Below, piece by piece: positions 1-9,576 of a stretch of 60,521 bases of DNA (its first letter is position 1; the number at the start of each line of letters is the position of its first letter). A model generated the notes under the pieces. The model had not been told where the DNA came from and made no database searches. It saw only the letters and a program-made list of their open reading frames with translations. Location of the stretch: the NCBI GenBank assembly GCA_944389095.1, contig CALXLC010000032.1:1-60521 (forward strand), given 5' to 3'. The stretch comes from an uncultured Alphaproteobacteria bacterium. GTDB lineage: Bacteria; Pseudomonadota; Alphaproteobacteria; RF32; CAG-239. The translations under genes were made by a program, and so were the position numbers.

Positions 1-41
1 CTTTGTCTTAAGGCACGGGAGAGTAAGTCGTTGCCAGATCT
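1..41 (+). rRNA. rrf: 5S rRNA, 3' part (truncated by window start)
   Basis: CTTTGTCTTAAGGCACGGGAGAGTAAGTCGTTGCCAGATCT matches the 3' half of alphaproteobacterial 5S rRNA (…GGGAGAGTAGGTCG…GCCAGGTC). Confidence 0.85.
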
Positions 42-92
42 TCTAACCGCAGTCCATCCACCTTCTTATTTACTCAATCCACCTCCCATCTC

Positions 93-118
93 ACCCCAAA
101 CTCCCGGGGTTTTTTTTT
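93..118 (+). terminator. probable rrn intrinsic terminator
   Basis: ACCCC-loop-GGGGT followed by a T run, just downstream of the 5S end. Confidence 0.5.
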
Positions 119-217
119 ATCCTATACACACCTCACGCACACACGCTAAAAAGCAAGGGTACATCGGACATTACGCGGGTTAACCGTCGGCTTCCCACTT
201 AATCCACGCCCTTGTAA

Positions 218-2296
218 CTAATGAGAACGAGAGCCCAATTCTTTCAGCATTGTTGCGGCCGCTTTCAGTTTGTTGTATTCGCTTTTAGATTCGCAATCCA
301 TAAATTTATCAGAAATACCTAAAGCCATAATGGCAGATTGATAACTGACAATTTCACGTCCCAAAACAATCCCGGCACGGTGAGATAACAGATAATCTTT
401 AAGTCTAAGGGCATCATTGATATGCTCTTTCAACAAACCGTTCCTTTGCCCGTAAAGCTTCAGATAGCGGCTGATTATAATCACGGAAGAAATCAAAAAA
501 ACAGTTGCCGGAAGCGAAACAATCCCGGCCATGGCCACACCGGAGAGCAGGACCAGAATACTGCCGGTAAAGCGGCTCAAAACTTTTCCCCACCAATAAG
601 AGATTGTAAAGTTACACAAACCGACACCGACAATGATAAAAACGGTGATAATTGATAATTGCGACCAAACTTCCGTGACATTGACCTTAAGCAACGCAAT
701 AAAGGCCTCAGTTAAAAACAGCATCCCCAGACTGAAGAACAGATAACCGCTGTTCAGCCGCAGAATAAAGCGCCGCAGCTTTTGATGTAAATCTTTTTGC
801 AAAAAAGAAGCGCAACGCCGTATTTTTAACAGATTTGCCGCACAGGGATTAAAGATTGTCTCATTGTTTCCGAAAAGCTGATAAAGCGCTTTTTGCTCAA
901 GTTTATTCAAATCTGCGGTACTATCTGTACGCTTAATCAACAAGACGGTTGAATCTGCCTGCTGAATATCAATTAGATTCTTTTTATATAATTCCAGTAT
1001 AAAAGCAGCAACAGAGGTCATGTCAAATTTTCCGAAGGCCAGATATCTCAGCATAACGGCGGATTTTTTCAGAGAAAATTTAAGCTGCCCCTTATTGGCT
1101 CGCACATACTTCCAAGAGACGATAAAAGAAACCCAGATTGCCGCAAGCCCCAGCAAACTAATCAAAGTGTCGCCGTATTTGTCCAAAAGACGAAGCATCC
1201 GTTTGGTCAGTGTCGGAGGCGTAACGGCATTTTCCGGAAGAGACATGATGATGTAAAAGCCCTCGCCGGAAAACAGAGGATGTTTTGCAGCATATCCCCA
1301 GATGTTTGGCGCGTCGTGCAGCAAATTGACGGCATCTCGGTTGAGCAGCTGCGGATAACCGGTAAAAATTTCCTGCCCCAAAGGTTCTGTGCCGGGCGGC
1401 AGAGTAATGGTGGCACCGGCCTTGGCGATGACCAGATTCCAGACACTTCCGCTGACATCCCAGTAAAATTCTCTGAAGTCTTTGTAATCCCACAGAGCAT
1501 TATCAGCAACATATTGAAAATTATAAGTGTGAACTCCGGGCAACAGTTCAAAATTTTCCGTTGGCACCAGCAAAACGGTATTTTCCTTCTCGACAAGTTT
1601 ATAGTCGACGGGTTTGCCGTTAAGGGTACCCCCCATCAAAGCATAATCCAATTTTTGCCGTTCGTTCTGACGGGAATGGATATATTTGGGAAGCACCTTT
1701 GTCAATCCGCGCCGCAATTTTTTCCCATCGGCCACGGCAACAATTGTTTCATTAAATTTAAGCATCCCGTCCGGCAAAATTTCAATATTGTTCATCAGGT
1801 AAGGGATATGTTCCCGGGCCGGAACGGTAATTCGCTGCCCGTTTGGCGGCAGCAGAACGTCAATAACCGGAAAATCAGGCTGCATCCATTCCTGCTGTTG
1901 CTGGCCGGAAATGGCGGCGGAAATTTCCGTTTGCGTAGCCAAATCGCGGCGATTGTCATCTGCCGGCGAAGAAATCCGTTTCAGAGCATTTTCGTAAATT
2001 TTCTGAAAAGTGCTTTTTTGTGCTTCTTCCTGAGCCCGGCGAACTTCAATGCTTGGCTCTACAAAAATGGCGCCGGAGGTAACTTTTCCCTCGTCTTCTA
2101 TAACGGTCGACTGCAGACGCTTTTCCAAAAAATCGGCAAAATAATCCGGCGTCACCTCATAGCTGTGAGGCGCTTCGGCAGGCATATTGGTCTGCGCGGC
2201 GGGAATGTCACGGCTGTCAAGCACCTCCTGCACTCTGGCAGAGGCTTGAAACGTCAAAACGAAAGCGAAACAAAGGGCAAGAAAAAGTTTCTGCAT
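218..2296 (-). CDS. DUF2207-family predicted membrane protein
   Basis: Signal peptide MQKLFLALCFAF (start chosen at ATG 2296); I.PDG.L.FNETI…YNFQY…EFYWDVSGSVW…ITLP motifs typical of DUF2207; several C-terminal TM helices. Confidence 0.75.
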   Translation of the reverse strand: MQKLFLALCFAFVLTFQASARVQEVLDSRDIPAAQTNMPAEAPHSYEVTPDYFADFLEKRLQSTVIEDEGKVTSGAIFVEPSIEVRRAQEEAQKSTFQKIYENALKRISSPADDNRRDLATQTEISAAISGQQQQEWMQPDFPVIDVLLPPNGQRITVPAREHIPYLMNNIEILPDGMLKFNETIVAVADGKKLRRGLTKVLPKYIHSRQNERQKLDYALMGGTLNGKPVDYKLVEKENTVLLVPTENFELLPGVHTYNFQYVADNALWDYKDFREFYWDVSGSVWNLVIAKAGATITLPPGTEPLGQEIFTGYPQLLNRDAVNLLHDAPNIWGYAAKHPLFSGEGFYIIMSLPENAVTPPTLTKRMLRLLDKYGDTLISLLGLAAIWVSFIVSWKYVRANKGQLKFSLKKSAVMLRYLAFGKFDMTSVAAFILELYKKNLIDIQQADSTVLLIKRTDSTADLNKLEQKALYQLFGNNETIFNPCAANLLKIRRCASFLQKDLHQKLRRFILRLNSGYLFFSLGMLFLTEAFIALLKVNVTEVWSQLSIITVFIIVGVGLCNFTISYWWGKVLSRFTGSILVLLSGVAMAGIVSLPATVFLISSVIIISRYLKLYGQRNGLLKEHINDALRLKDYLLSHRAGIVLGREIVSYQSAIMALGISDKFMDCESKSEYNKLKAAATMLKELGSRSH

Positions 2297-2381
2297 AAAA
2301 AGACACTCTGTATTAACAAATCCGGTATATCTGTTATTATACGTCAAAGTTTGTTAATAAAGTTATAAAGGAGTTTTACGC

Positions 2382-3116
2382 ATGTCAGACAAGCAGATTG
2401 CCGCCATTGTCCTCGGAGCCGGAAAAGGAACCCGTATGAATTCGGATTTGCCGAAAGTGATGATGCCGGTTGCCGGAAAACCGATGATTCGGCATATTCT
2501 GGATGTTTTGGAAAAAGCGGGGACGGATAAAATCGTTGTTGTTATTGCCCCGGATGGAGATCTGGTCAAAAAAGAAGTTGCACCGTATCCGACCTGTGTG
2601 CAGGAAAAACAACTGGGAACCGGTCATGCGGTAATGGCCGCGCGTCCGGAGCTCTGTACATTTCACGGTGATATTCTGGTCATCTTCGGAGACCAGCCCA
2701 TGTATACCGAAGAAACCATCCGCCGTATGGTTGAAAAGCGCCGTGAGGGCTATGCCGTTGTCTGTCTGGGATTCCGCCCCAAAGATCCGGCCCGTTACGG
2801 CCGCCTGATTATGAAGGGCGATAATCTGGAGCGGATTGTGGAATACAAAGACGCTTCCGAAGAAGAACGCAAAATCAATTTCTGCAATTCCGGCATGATG
2901 TGCTTTGACGGAGAAAAAATGTTTGAAATTTTGGCTTCCGTCAGCAATGAAAATGCCGCCGGCGAGTATTATTTAACGGATGCGGTAGCCATAGCTTTGC
3001 GTATGGGGCTGAAATGCAGCGCCATTGAATGCCCCGTGGAAGAGGCCGCTGCCGCCAACACTCGTGAAGAACTGGCCGTTTTGGAGCAATATATGCAAAG
3101 GCGTTTGAAAAAATAA
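2382..3116 (+). CDS. glmU: GlmU-like N-terminal GlcNAc-1-P uridyltransferase domain only (244 aa)
   Basis: LGAGKGTRMNSDLPKV, QEKQLGTGHAV, YGRLI, IVEYKDA and NAAGEYYLTD motifs; no hexapeptide acetyltransferase domain. Confidence 0.8.
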   Translation: MSDKQIAAIVLGAGKGTRMNSDLPKVMMPVAGKPMIRHILDVLEKAGTDKIVVVIAPDGDLVKKEVAPYPTCVQEKQLGTGHAVMAARPELCTFHGDILVIFGDQPMYTEETIRRMVEKRREGYAVVCLGFRPKDPARYGRLIMKGDNLERIVEYKDASEEERKINFCNSGMMCFDGEKMFEILASVSNENAAGEYYLTDAVAIALRMGLKCSAIECPVEEAAAANTREELAVLEQYMQRRLKK

Positions 3117-3577
3117 TGCGGTTCATCAGGCAACATTGGTTTGGAATCATAACCGGAACGGTAATTTTCTGTTTTCTGGTTATGTTTATTCTGGTTTTGA
3201 TTTCGCCGCGGCAGGATGTGCGCAAACGCGGCTTCATTCCCTGTACGGAAGCCATGGCGGAACAAATGCTGTCCTGTTCCGAAAACAAGCTGGGCTGCAT
3301 GTTCAAGGCTGTTCTGAAGAACAGCTGGTGCGATTTAAACGTGATTGGCCGGGGATTTGTCCTCTGGGCCAAAGGCGATCAGGATTGGCCGTGGAGCAAC
3401 TATATTTTTATTCCGGAACTTCCGCAGGATGAGTTTTTTGATAAAGAGGCTCAGGCCGAATATTTTAAAAACAATCCCGGAACGGCCGCCGAAATGCAGC
3501 AGTTAAAAGAATTAAACGAACAATTGGAGAATGATAATGAGCAAATCCGCGTCACCCCTGAAGACCAGCCCCGATAA
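3116..3577 (+). CDS. hypothetical membrane-anchored protein
   Basis: TAATG overlap with the glmU stop; N-terminal TM helix; several Cys. Confidence 0.7.
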   Translation: MRFIRQHWFGIITGTVIFCFLVMFILVLISPRQDVRKRGFIPCTEAMAEQMLSCSENKLGCMFKAVLKNSWCDLNVIGRGFVLWAKGDQDWPWSNYIFIPELPQDEFFDKEAQAEYFKNNPGTAAEMQQLKELNEQLENDNEQIRVTPEDQPR

Positions 3578-5354
3578 TCTCCCGGGGTGGGACTTAGGCG
3601 ATTTATATAAAGGAACGGATGACCCGCAAATTGAAAAAGATTTGCAGTCTTACCGTCGTTTAAATAAAAATCTTGCGGCCAAATACAAAGGCCGGTTGTC
3701 CGACGTATCGCCGGATGATTTTTATCAGGCTTTGCAAATCGAGGAAAAAGCATCAATTCTCGGCAGCAAGCTGGGTGTTTTTGCTTATCTGAACATGGTT
3801 ACCCGCATGAAGGATCAGAAGGCGGTTGCTTTTTACCAGAACATTGATGAACGAATGACCGAATACAGCAAACCGTCGGTCTTTTTTACGCTGGAAATTA
3901 ATAAGTTGACGGATGAGCGTTTTAAACAACTGCTCAAAGACAAAAATGTCGCCCGTTACAAACCGTTTTTGGAACGCGTCCGGAGATTTAAAAAGTACGA
4001 ATTGAGCGAGGCTGTTGAAGAAACGCTGCTTGAAAAGTCGGTAACATCCGGCGGAGCCTGGCGGAGATTATATGACGAACATGCCGCGTCGTTGGTTTAT
4101 ACCGTAGACGGCAAACAATATAATGACGCGGAAATCACCAAACTGATGCAGGATAAAGACGCCGGGATTCGGGCCAAGGCCGGACGGGAGCTCAACCGCG
4201 TCAGCCGGGAAAATTCCCGCTTGTTCACCTTTATTTACAATATGATTATCAAGGACAAAGCCATCAGTGACGACAAGCGCGGATACAAAACGCCGGTGTC
4301 CGCCCGCAATCTGGATAATCAGGTCGATGACAAAGCTTTACAGGCACTGACCGATTCTGTTCGCAGTCATTATAAAGACATTTCGCATCGTTTTTATAAA
4401 TTAAAGGCCAAGTGGTTGGGCGTCAAAAAAATCCAGTATTGGGATCGCAACGCGCCGCTGCCGTTTGAGGCTGACAAACATTATGACTGGGATGAAAGCG
4501 TCAAAATTGTTTTGGAAGCTTATCAGAAATTCTCGCCCGAGCTGCGCAAACTGGCCGAACCTTTTTTCAATTCGCAGCATTCATGGATTGATGTTCCGCC
4601 GCGCGACGGCAAACGCAGCGGCGCATTTGCCATGCCGATGCCGGCTCAATACCATCCGTATCTGATGTTGAATTTTGTCGGCAAGCAGAATGATGTTCTG
4701 ACGCTGGCGCATGAACTCGGCCACGGTTGTCACATGCGGTTAAGCATCAAGCAGGGTGAGTTGAATGACGACACGCCGATATCTTTGGCAGAAGTAGCTT
4801 CCGTTTTCGGTGAAATGATTACTTTTCAGTCTTTGCTGTCGCGGTTGGATGATGACAAGGCCAAGCTGTGTCTGATAGCTTCCAAAGTAAATGATATGAT
4901 AAATACTTCGATTCGCCAGATAGCCTTTCATTTTTTTGAAACCAAAGCGCATGCCGAGCGCAAAAACGGAGAGTTGTCGGCGGAACGTCTGGAAGAAATC
5001 TGGCTGGAGGTTATGCGTGAAAGTTTGGGCGATTATGTAATCGTCGATGATGACAGCCGGGCTATTTGGCCGATTGTCAGCCACTTTTTCCATTCGCCGT
5101 TCTATGTGTATGCTTATTCGTTTGCCGATTGTCTGGTCAACTCGCTTTATCAGGTATACCAAGAAGGCGGCGTCAGTGATTTTCAGAAAAAATATCTGCG
5201 AATGCTGTCCGAAACCGGTGTCAAAAAATATGATGAGCTGTTAAAACCCTTTGGACTTGACGCCAAAAGTCCGCAGTTTTGGAACAAAGGCCTCAGTCTG
5301 ATATCTCATTATATTGATGAACTGGAGCGCCTTGATAAAAAACTCGGGCTGTAA
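3537..5354 (+). CDS. pepF: M3B oligoendopeptidase F
   Basis: WDLGDLY N-terminus, GKRSGAF, TLAHELGH zinc motif, LAEVAS, HFFHSPFYVYAYSF; GGAG upstream of ATG 3537. Confidence 0.92.
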   Translation: MSKSASPLKTSPDNLPGWDLGDLYKGTDDPQIEKDLQSYRRLNKNLAAKYKGRLSDVSPDDFYQALQIEEKASILGSKLGVFAYLNMVTRMKDQKAVAFYQNIDERMTEYSKPSVFFTLEINKLTDERFKQLLKDKNVARYKPFLERVRRFKKYELSEAVEETLLEKSVTSGGAWRRLYDEHAASLVYTVDGKQYNDAEITKLMQDKDAGIRAKAGRELNRVSRENSRLFTFIYNMIIKDKAISDDKRGYKTPVSARNLDNQVDDKALQALTDSVRSHYKDISHRFYKLKAKWLGVKKIQYWDRNAPLPFEADKHYDWDESVKIVLEAYQKFSPELRKLAEPFFNSQHSWIDVPPRDGKRSGAFAMPMPAQYHPYLMLNFVGKQNDVLTLAHELGHGCHMRLSIKQGELNDDTPISLAEVASVFGEMITFQSLLSRLDDDKAKLCLIASKVNDMINTSIRQIAFHFFETKAHAERKNGELSAERLEEIWLEVMRESLGDYVIVDDDSRAIWPIVSHFFHSPFYVYAYSFADCLVNSLYQVYQEGGVSDFQKKYLRMLSETGVKKYDELLKPFGLDAKSPQFWNKGLSLISHYIDELERLDKKLGL

Positions 5355-5368
5355 TCATTCCGAATATT

Positions 5369-5401
5369 AAAAAATCCGGCCGTCACGAGCCGGATTTTTT
5401 T
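5369..5401. terminator. bidirectional intrinsic terminator
   Basis: AAAAAATCCGGC-N8-GCCGGATTTTTT between convergent genes. Confidence 0.8.
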
Positions 5402-5489
5402 AAGGCAAGTCAAGCAACAGCCGCAAAACAGAAAAATACCCTCTGAATATTATCGGAATAATTAAAGTGTGTCGGCTGATTTTCGAAAA

Positions 5490-6299
5490 CTATTTGGCGC
5501 CGGCCGGATAATATTGTTCTCTGGCGCGTTTGGCAATTTCCAGATAGCTCAGCGGTTCTTCCGGAGTCCCGACATAAGCAATGGAATAGCGTTTGATTTT
5601 AAAACCAAACGGATTTTTTAAAATTCCGTTCTGGCGGAAGGAGTCCAGTTCATCATCCAAATTATATTCTTCATATTCCACGCGCAAATAAGCCCGCCAG
5701 ATAACCACCATTTTTTGATCCGGCTGCTGGTGTGTTGAGGTGACGGTATGAAACTGAACTTGCCATAAAGTATTCGTCAGACGCTTCATCCATTCGATTT
5801 CCACGGAGCGGATAAGGCCCTGATTGATAAGGTTGGTCATATAGTCATAGGTTGCTTTGTTGGAAAACTCCTGAAACACGCCGACGGACGACAGCCAGTA
5901 GAATTCCGATCCTCTTTCCCAGCGATAAAGCAAATCGGCCAGATTTTTCGGAATTTCATGGCGGAGTTTAATATATTTTTCAATATATTGTTCGGTAACG
6001 ACATCCATCGGGTCGACACTTTTTTCCAGCGGCTCCACTTTGTCCAAAGAAGACAGGTATGGATTCGCCGAAAGCAAATTGGCCTTGCCGCCGCGCAACG
6101 GCAGCAGCAGATACAAGGTCAGCGCCAGCATGATTGTCAGGCTGAAGCTCATGGCGCTGAAAATAACCAAAACTCTGGCCGTCCATAAATAGCGGCGCTC
6201 CGGCATGGCCGCAATATTAACTTCTTGCGGATAACGGCCAAGCTTGTCCGGGCTTTTTTTCTCCCGATAGCGAAATAATGTGGTAAACAGGCCGGACAT
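5490..6299 (-). CDS. VirB8/TrbF-family protein
   Basis: Single N-terminal TM, EQYIEKYIKLR helix, WQVQF strand and C-terminal NPFGF motif of the VirB8 fold. Confidence 0.7.
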   Translation of the reverse strand: MSGLFTTLFRYREKKSPDKLGRYPQEVNIAAMPERRYLWTARVLVIFSAMSFSLTIMLALTLYLLLPLRGGKANLLSANPYLSSLDKVEPLEKSVDPMDVVTEQYIEKYIKLRHEIPKNLADLLYRWERGSEFYWLSSVGVFQEFSNKATYDYMTNLINQGLIRSVEIEWMKRLTNTLWQVQFHTVTSTHQQPDQKMVVIWRAYLRVEYEEYNLDDELDSFRQNGILKNPFGFKIKRYSIAYVGTPEEPLSYLEIAKRAREQYYPAGAK

Positions 6300-6311
6300 C
6301 CGCTTTCTCCG

Positions 6312-7091
6312 CTAATAAGCGTAAATCTGATTGCGGGCATCTTTTGCCGTAGCCAGATAGCTTTCCGGTTCATCGGGGGTCCCGACATAAGAAAGGGAAT
6401 AGTTTAACACCAAAAATCCATAAGGATTAAAGACGCGCTGGTCTTTGTTGTTGAAGTTGATGTTGGTGAATACCACACGCATATAAGCGCGCCAGATATT
6501 GACAATCGGAACTTGTTCGCCACCGTAATAATCCATGGTGATAAACTGCGCCTGCCACAGGCCGCGGGTCATCGGTTTAACCCATTCAACCTCAACCATC
6601 CGCACCATGTCGCGCATTCTGAACTGACGGATGTTGTTCTGTACGTCGTTGGTAACAAAGTTTTGAAACACCGCCCGTGAAGACAGCCAGTATAATTCCG
6701 AACCGGGAGCCCAGCGGTACATCAATTCGTCATAATCGTTGCTGATAACGTGGCGGAGCAAAATATATTCTTCAATATATTGTTCGGCAATCAGATCTTG
6801 AACCGGAACGTTTTTTTCCTGCATTTCGGTTTGTTCAAGCTGACTGAAATAAGTATTTGTTTGCAAAAGACGAGGATAGGCGCCGCGCTGCGGCAGCAAA
6901 ACGTAAATGGCGCTGGCCAGCATCATGCTGAGGCAGATGCTCATGCAGGAAATAATCACCAGCAGGCGGGATGTCCACAAATAGCGGCGTTCCGGCATGG
7001 CATTGGTATGTACTTTTTCCGGAAAATAGCCCAGCTGGTCGGGACTTTTTTTCTCCTTATACTTAAATATCGTCTGAATAATATCTAACAT
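6312..7091 (-). CDS. VirB8/TrbF-family protein (paralog of 5490-6299)
   Basis: Same layout (KKSPD.LG…AMPERRYLWT.R; EQYIEEYILLR; NPYGF); start at MLDII. Confidence 0.72.
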   Translation of the reverse strand: MLDIIQTIFKYKEKKSPDQLGYFPEKVHTNAMPERRYLWTSRLLVIISCMSICLSMMLASAIYVLLPQRGAYPRLLQTNTYFSQLEQTEMQEKNVPVQDLIAEQYIEEYILLRHVISNDYDELMYRWAPGSELYWLSSRAVFQNFVTNDVQNNIRQFRMRDMVRMVEVEWVKPMTRGLWQAQFITMDYYGGEQVPIVNIWRAYMRVVFTNINFNNKDQRVFNPYGFLVLNYSLSYVGTPDEPESYLATAKDARNQIYAY

Positions 7092-7222
7092 CTTACCCCG
7101 TTTCAAAACTGCCTGATACACCATTTTATACATCAAAGTTGAATAAAAGCAAATAAATACTATTAATATGCAAAATATTGATATAATTTATATCCTAGAT
7201 ACTTGTTCTTAAGGATATGGAT

Positions 7223-9139
7223 ATGAAAAAAATCTTAGCGATTTGTTTTGCTGCGGGGCTGGTCGCGCTGGGCGGCTGTTCGTCGCAAAATGGCGGAGAG
7301 AGCGCCTCGTCATCCCGTACTGCGCCGGCACCGGTTTCTTATACGGACTGGGACAGAGCGATTCGTCTGGATGTGGATATGCAGACGATGTATGCGTCAA
7401 CGCCCCATAAGATAGAAAAGCCGATAGATATGTACATGGCCATGGCGCTGGCACTCAAATACAATTATACCCGTCGCGTCGTCAGCTATCAGCAAAGCCT
7501 GGTGGAAGCCGGAAAATCACCGGCTAACCGTTTGCCCGAGATTTTTTCTTCGGCCGGCTATGTCAATACGTCAAACAGCTCGGCCATGGATTCGGAGTTG
7601 AAGCTTGCCTGGAATATTTTGGATGTCGGCACGGTGTATTATCAGACGAAAGACGCCCAGTATCAAAGCAGCGTCGCCTTTGAGCAAAGCCGCAAAGTTA
7701 TCCATAACCTGCTGCAGGAAACTCGCGTTTTGTATTGGAAGACGCTGACGGCGCAGCGGCTGCTTCCGGTAATTGACGATATGATTGAATACATGACGCT
7801 GGAAGTCGATGAATTGAATTCCCGTTCCAATGAGCTGGCCGCTGCCGGACAAAACCTGTCCATGCCGGATTTGGTCAAAAAAAGAAAATATATGGAAGCC
7901 GTCAAAAAATTATCGGCTTTGAAACGGGATTTGGAGACTGCCGAAGTGCGTCTGGCTTCGTTAATGGGATTCCACCCCTCCACCGAATACCGCCTGGTCG
8001 GCAAGGAATACGGCAACTTTGAGCTGCCGGACATTCGCAGCAACCTGAGCGAGATGGAGTGGATTGCTCTGACCAACCGTCCGGAACTCAGAATGCGCGA
8101 CATGGTCACCAATGTGGAGGAAGTCCGTGCCTCTTTCCGGGTGTTCAAGGATCCCGGCGAGGCCGCTTATCGACGCGACCCCAATTACTACAACCGTACC
8201 TGGTCCAAAAAAGCCAAACAAATCGGTATGCATATATTTGAAGATGTCCGCAATCCTTCGGAGCAAGAACTCGAAACCCTGCGCCGCCAGCGGATGACGA
8301 CCTTGGTGCTAACGCAGGTTTATGTTGCTTGGGCGCGCTATATGTCCGCGCTGGAGGATTATCAGATTAATCAGGAAGTCGCCAATGTTTCGGAAGACAT
8401 TGCCGAAGACACCACGGTTCAGGACGGCAGTAAAGCCGAAAAGAGCCAGTTGGAGGCTGCCCGTGCGATTGAAGACGAAGTGACCGCCATGCTGGCGTAT
8501 GTCGATTTGCAGGATGCGCTTGGCAACTTGTATGCCACGTTGGGCATGGATGCGATTCCTTATTATATGCTTTCCGAAAAGCCTTCAAAAATTGCGGTTT
8601 ATCTCCGCGGCGTTTTGGAAAAATGGCGCAATGGCGAATTTCTGCCGGATAATCGTCCGTACCTGCTGGATGTCCCGACCAGAAGACCGCCGGTTAATCT
8701 GTCTTCGTCAAAGCTGATGCCCGATGTTGAGGTCGAAAGCGGACAAAAGATTATGATTACGATTCCCGATGCCGTTTTCAACAAAATGGACTTTAGCGGC
8801 AAAACGACGCTCAAGGCCGGGTTGAAAGATGACAGCCCGCTGCCCGACTGGCTGATTTTTGATGAAGCCACCCGCACTTTCTCGGGAACGGCCATGCCCG
8901 GCAATCTCGGCGAATATGACATTAAGGTTTATATCAGTGACGAAAACGGAACCACGGGGTACCTGACCTTCAAGATAAAAATCATTGATGTTTATGTCCC
9001 GTCGATTCGTCTTACCGGCTTGACGCCCGGCCGCAAGGCAACCGTTCTCAAGCGTTGTGTCGGACCGCAATGCACCGATGAGTATATTGAAAATATCGAA
9101 ATCGGCGAGGATGTGGTTGTCCGTCCGGAAAATAAGTAG
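7223..9139 (+). CDS. TolC-family outer-membrane lipoprotein with C-terminal putative Ig/dystroglycan-cadherin-like domain
   Basis: Lipobox LGGC; AMALALKYN, LAWNILDVG and ALTNRPELR helical TolC-like repeats; LPDWLIFDEATRTFSGT…YDIKV is the He_PIG/CADG signature. Confidence 0.7.
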   Translation: MKKILAICFAAGLVALGGCSSQNGGESASSSRTAPAPVSYTDWDRAIRLDVDMQTMYASTPHKIEKPIDMYMAMALALKYNYTRRVVSYQQSLVEAGKSPANRLPEIFSSAGYVNTSNSSAMDSELKLAWNILDVGTVYYQTKDAQYQSSVAFEQSRKVIHNLLQETRVLYWKTLTAQRLLPVIDDMIEYMTLEVDELNSRSNELAAAGQNLSMPDLVKKRKYMEAVKKLSALKRDLETAEVRLASLMGFHPSTEYRLVGKEYGNFELPDIRSNLSEMEWIALTNRPELRMRDMVTNVEEVRASFRVFKDPGEAAYRRDPNYYNRTWSKKAKQIGMHIFEDVRNPSEQELETLRRQRMTTLVLTQVYVAWARYMSALEDYQINQEVANVSEDIAEDTTVQDGSKAEKSQLEAARAIEDEVTAMLAYVDLQDALGNLYATLGMDAIPYYMLSEKPSKIAVYLRGVLEKWRNGEFLPDNRPYLLDVPTRRPPVNLSSSKLMPDVEVESGQKIMITIPDAVFNKMDFSGKTTLKAGLKDDSPLPDWLIFDEATRTFSGTAMPGNLGEYDIKVYISDENGTTGYLTFKIKIIDVYVPSIRLTGLTPGRKATVLKRCVGPQCTDEYIENIEIGEDVVVRPENK

Positions 9140-9160
9140 AGTCGCCGGCGCAAAATAAAA

Positions 9161-9198
9161 CATCAAAAGGGATTCCCTCCGGGGAATCCCTTTTGATG
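9161..9198 (+). terminator. intrinsic terminator
   Basis: Perfect 17-bp stem CATCAAAAGGGATTCCC/GGGAATCCCTTTTGATG. Confidence 0.85.
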
Positions 9199-9456
9199 TG
9201 GATAGAATGTGGATAATTTATAGCCTGAATTGCTTAAAATTAGCGTTATTTTCTGGAATCAAAAATCTTAAAGATTTTATCCACCTGGGCAAAATTTTTT
9301 TATGTTTGTTTTATAAGGAGATAGTTCTGTCAATAGCAAAAAGAGTCTTTTTTGCTATTGAGAAAGGCGTCCTGATTTCGCATTATGACATCAGAAAAAC
9401 GGGCCGTGTAACAGCCTAAAAAAACACAAAAAAATAAAAGCTGAAAATTTTTGTGC

Positions 9457-9504
9457 ATACAATATATAGCAATGTTTACATTTTTTTAATACTATATATT
9501 GTAT
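9457..9504 (+). promoter_or_regulatory. tandem NrdR boxes
   Basis: ATACAATATATAGCAA (9457-9472) and ATACTATATATTGTAT (9489-9504) fit acaCwAtATaTwGtg; they are 32 bp apart and lie upstream of nrdD. Confidence 0.8.
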
Positions 9505-9576
9505 ATCTAGTGTCAGAGATGGCCAATAACAAAAAAGTGCTAACAACCGCTAATAAATAAGGAATGCAACAGAGAA

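Noticed and set aside
1280-2368. 362-aa + strand ORF
   Set aside because: Antisense shadow of the DUF2207 gene; no motifs.
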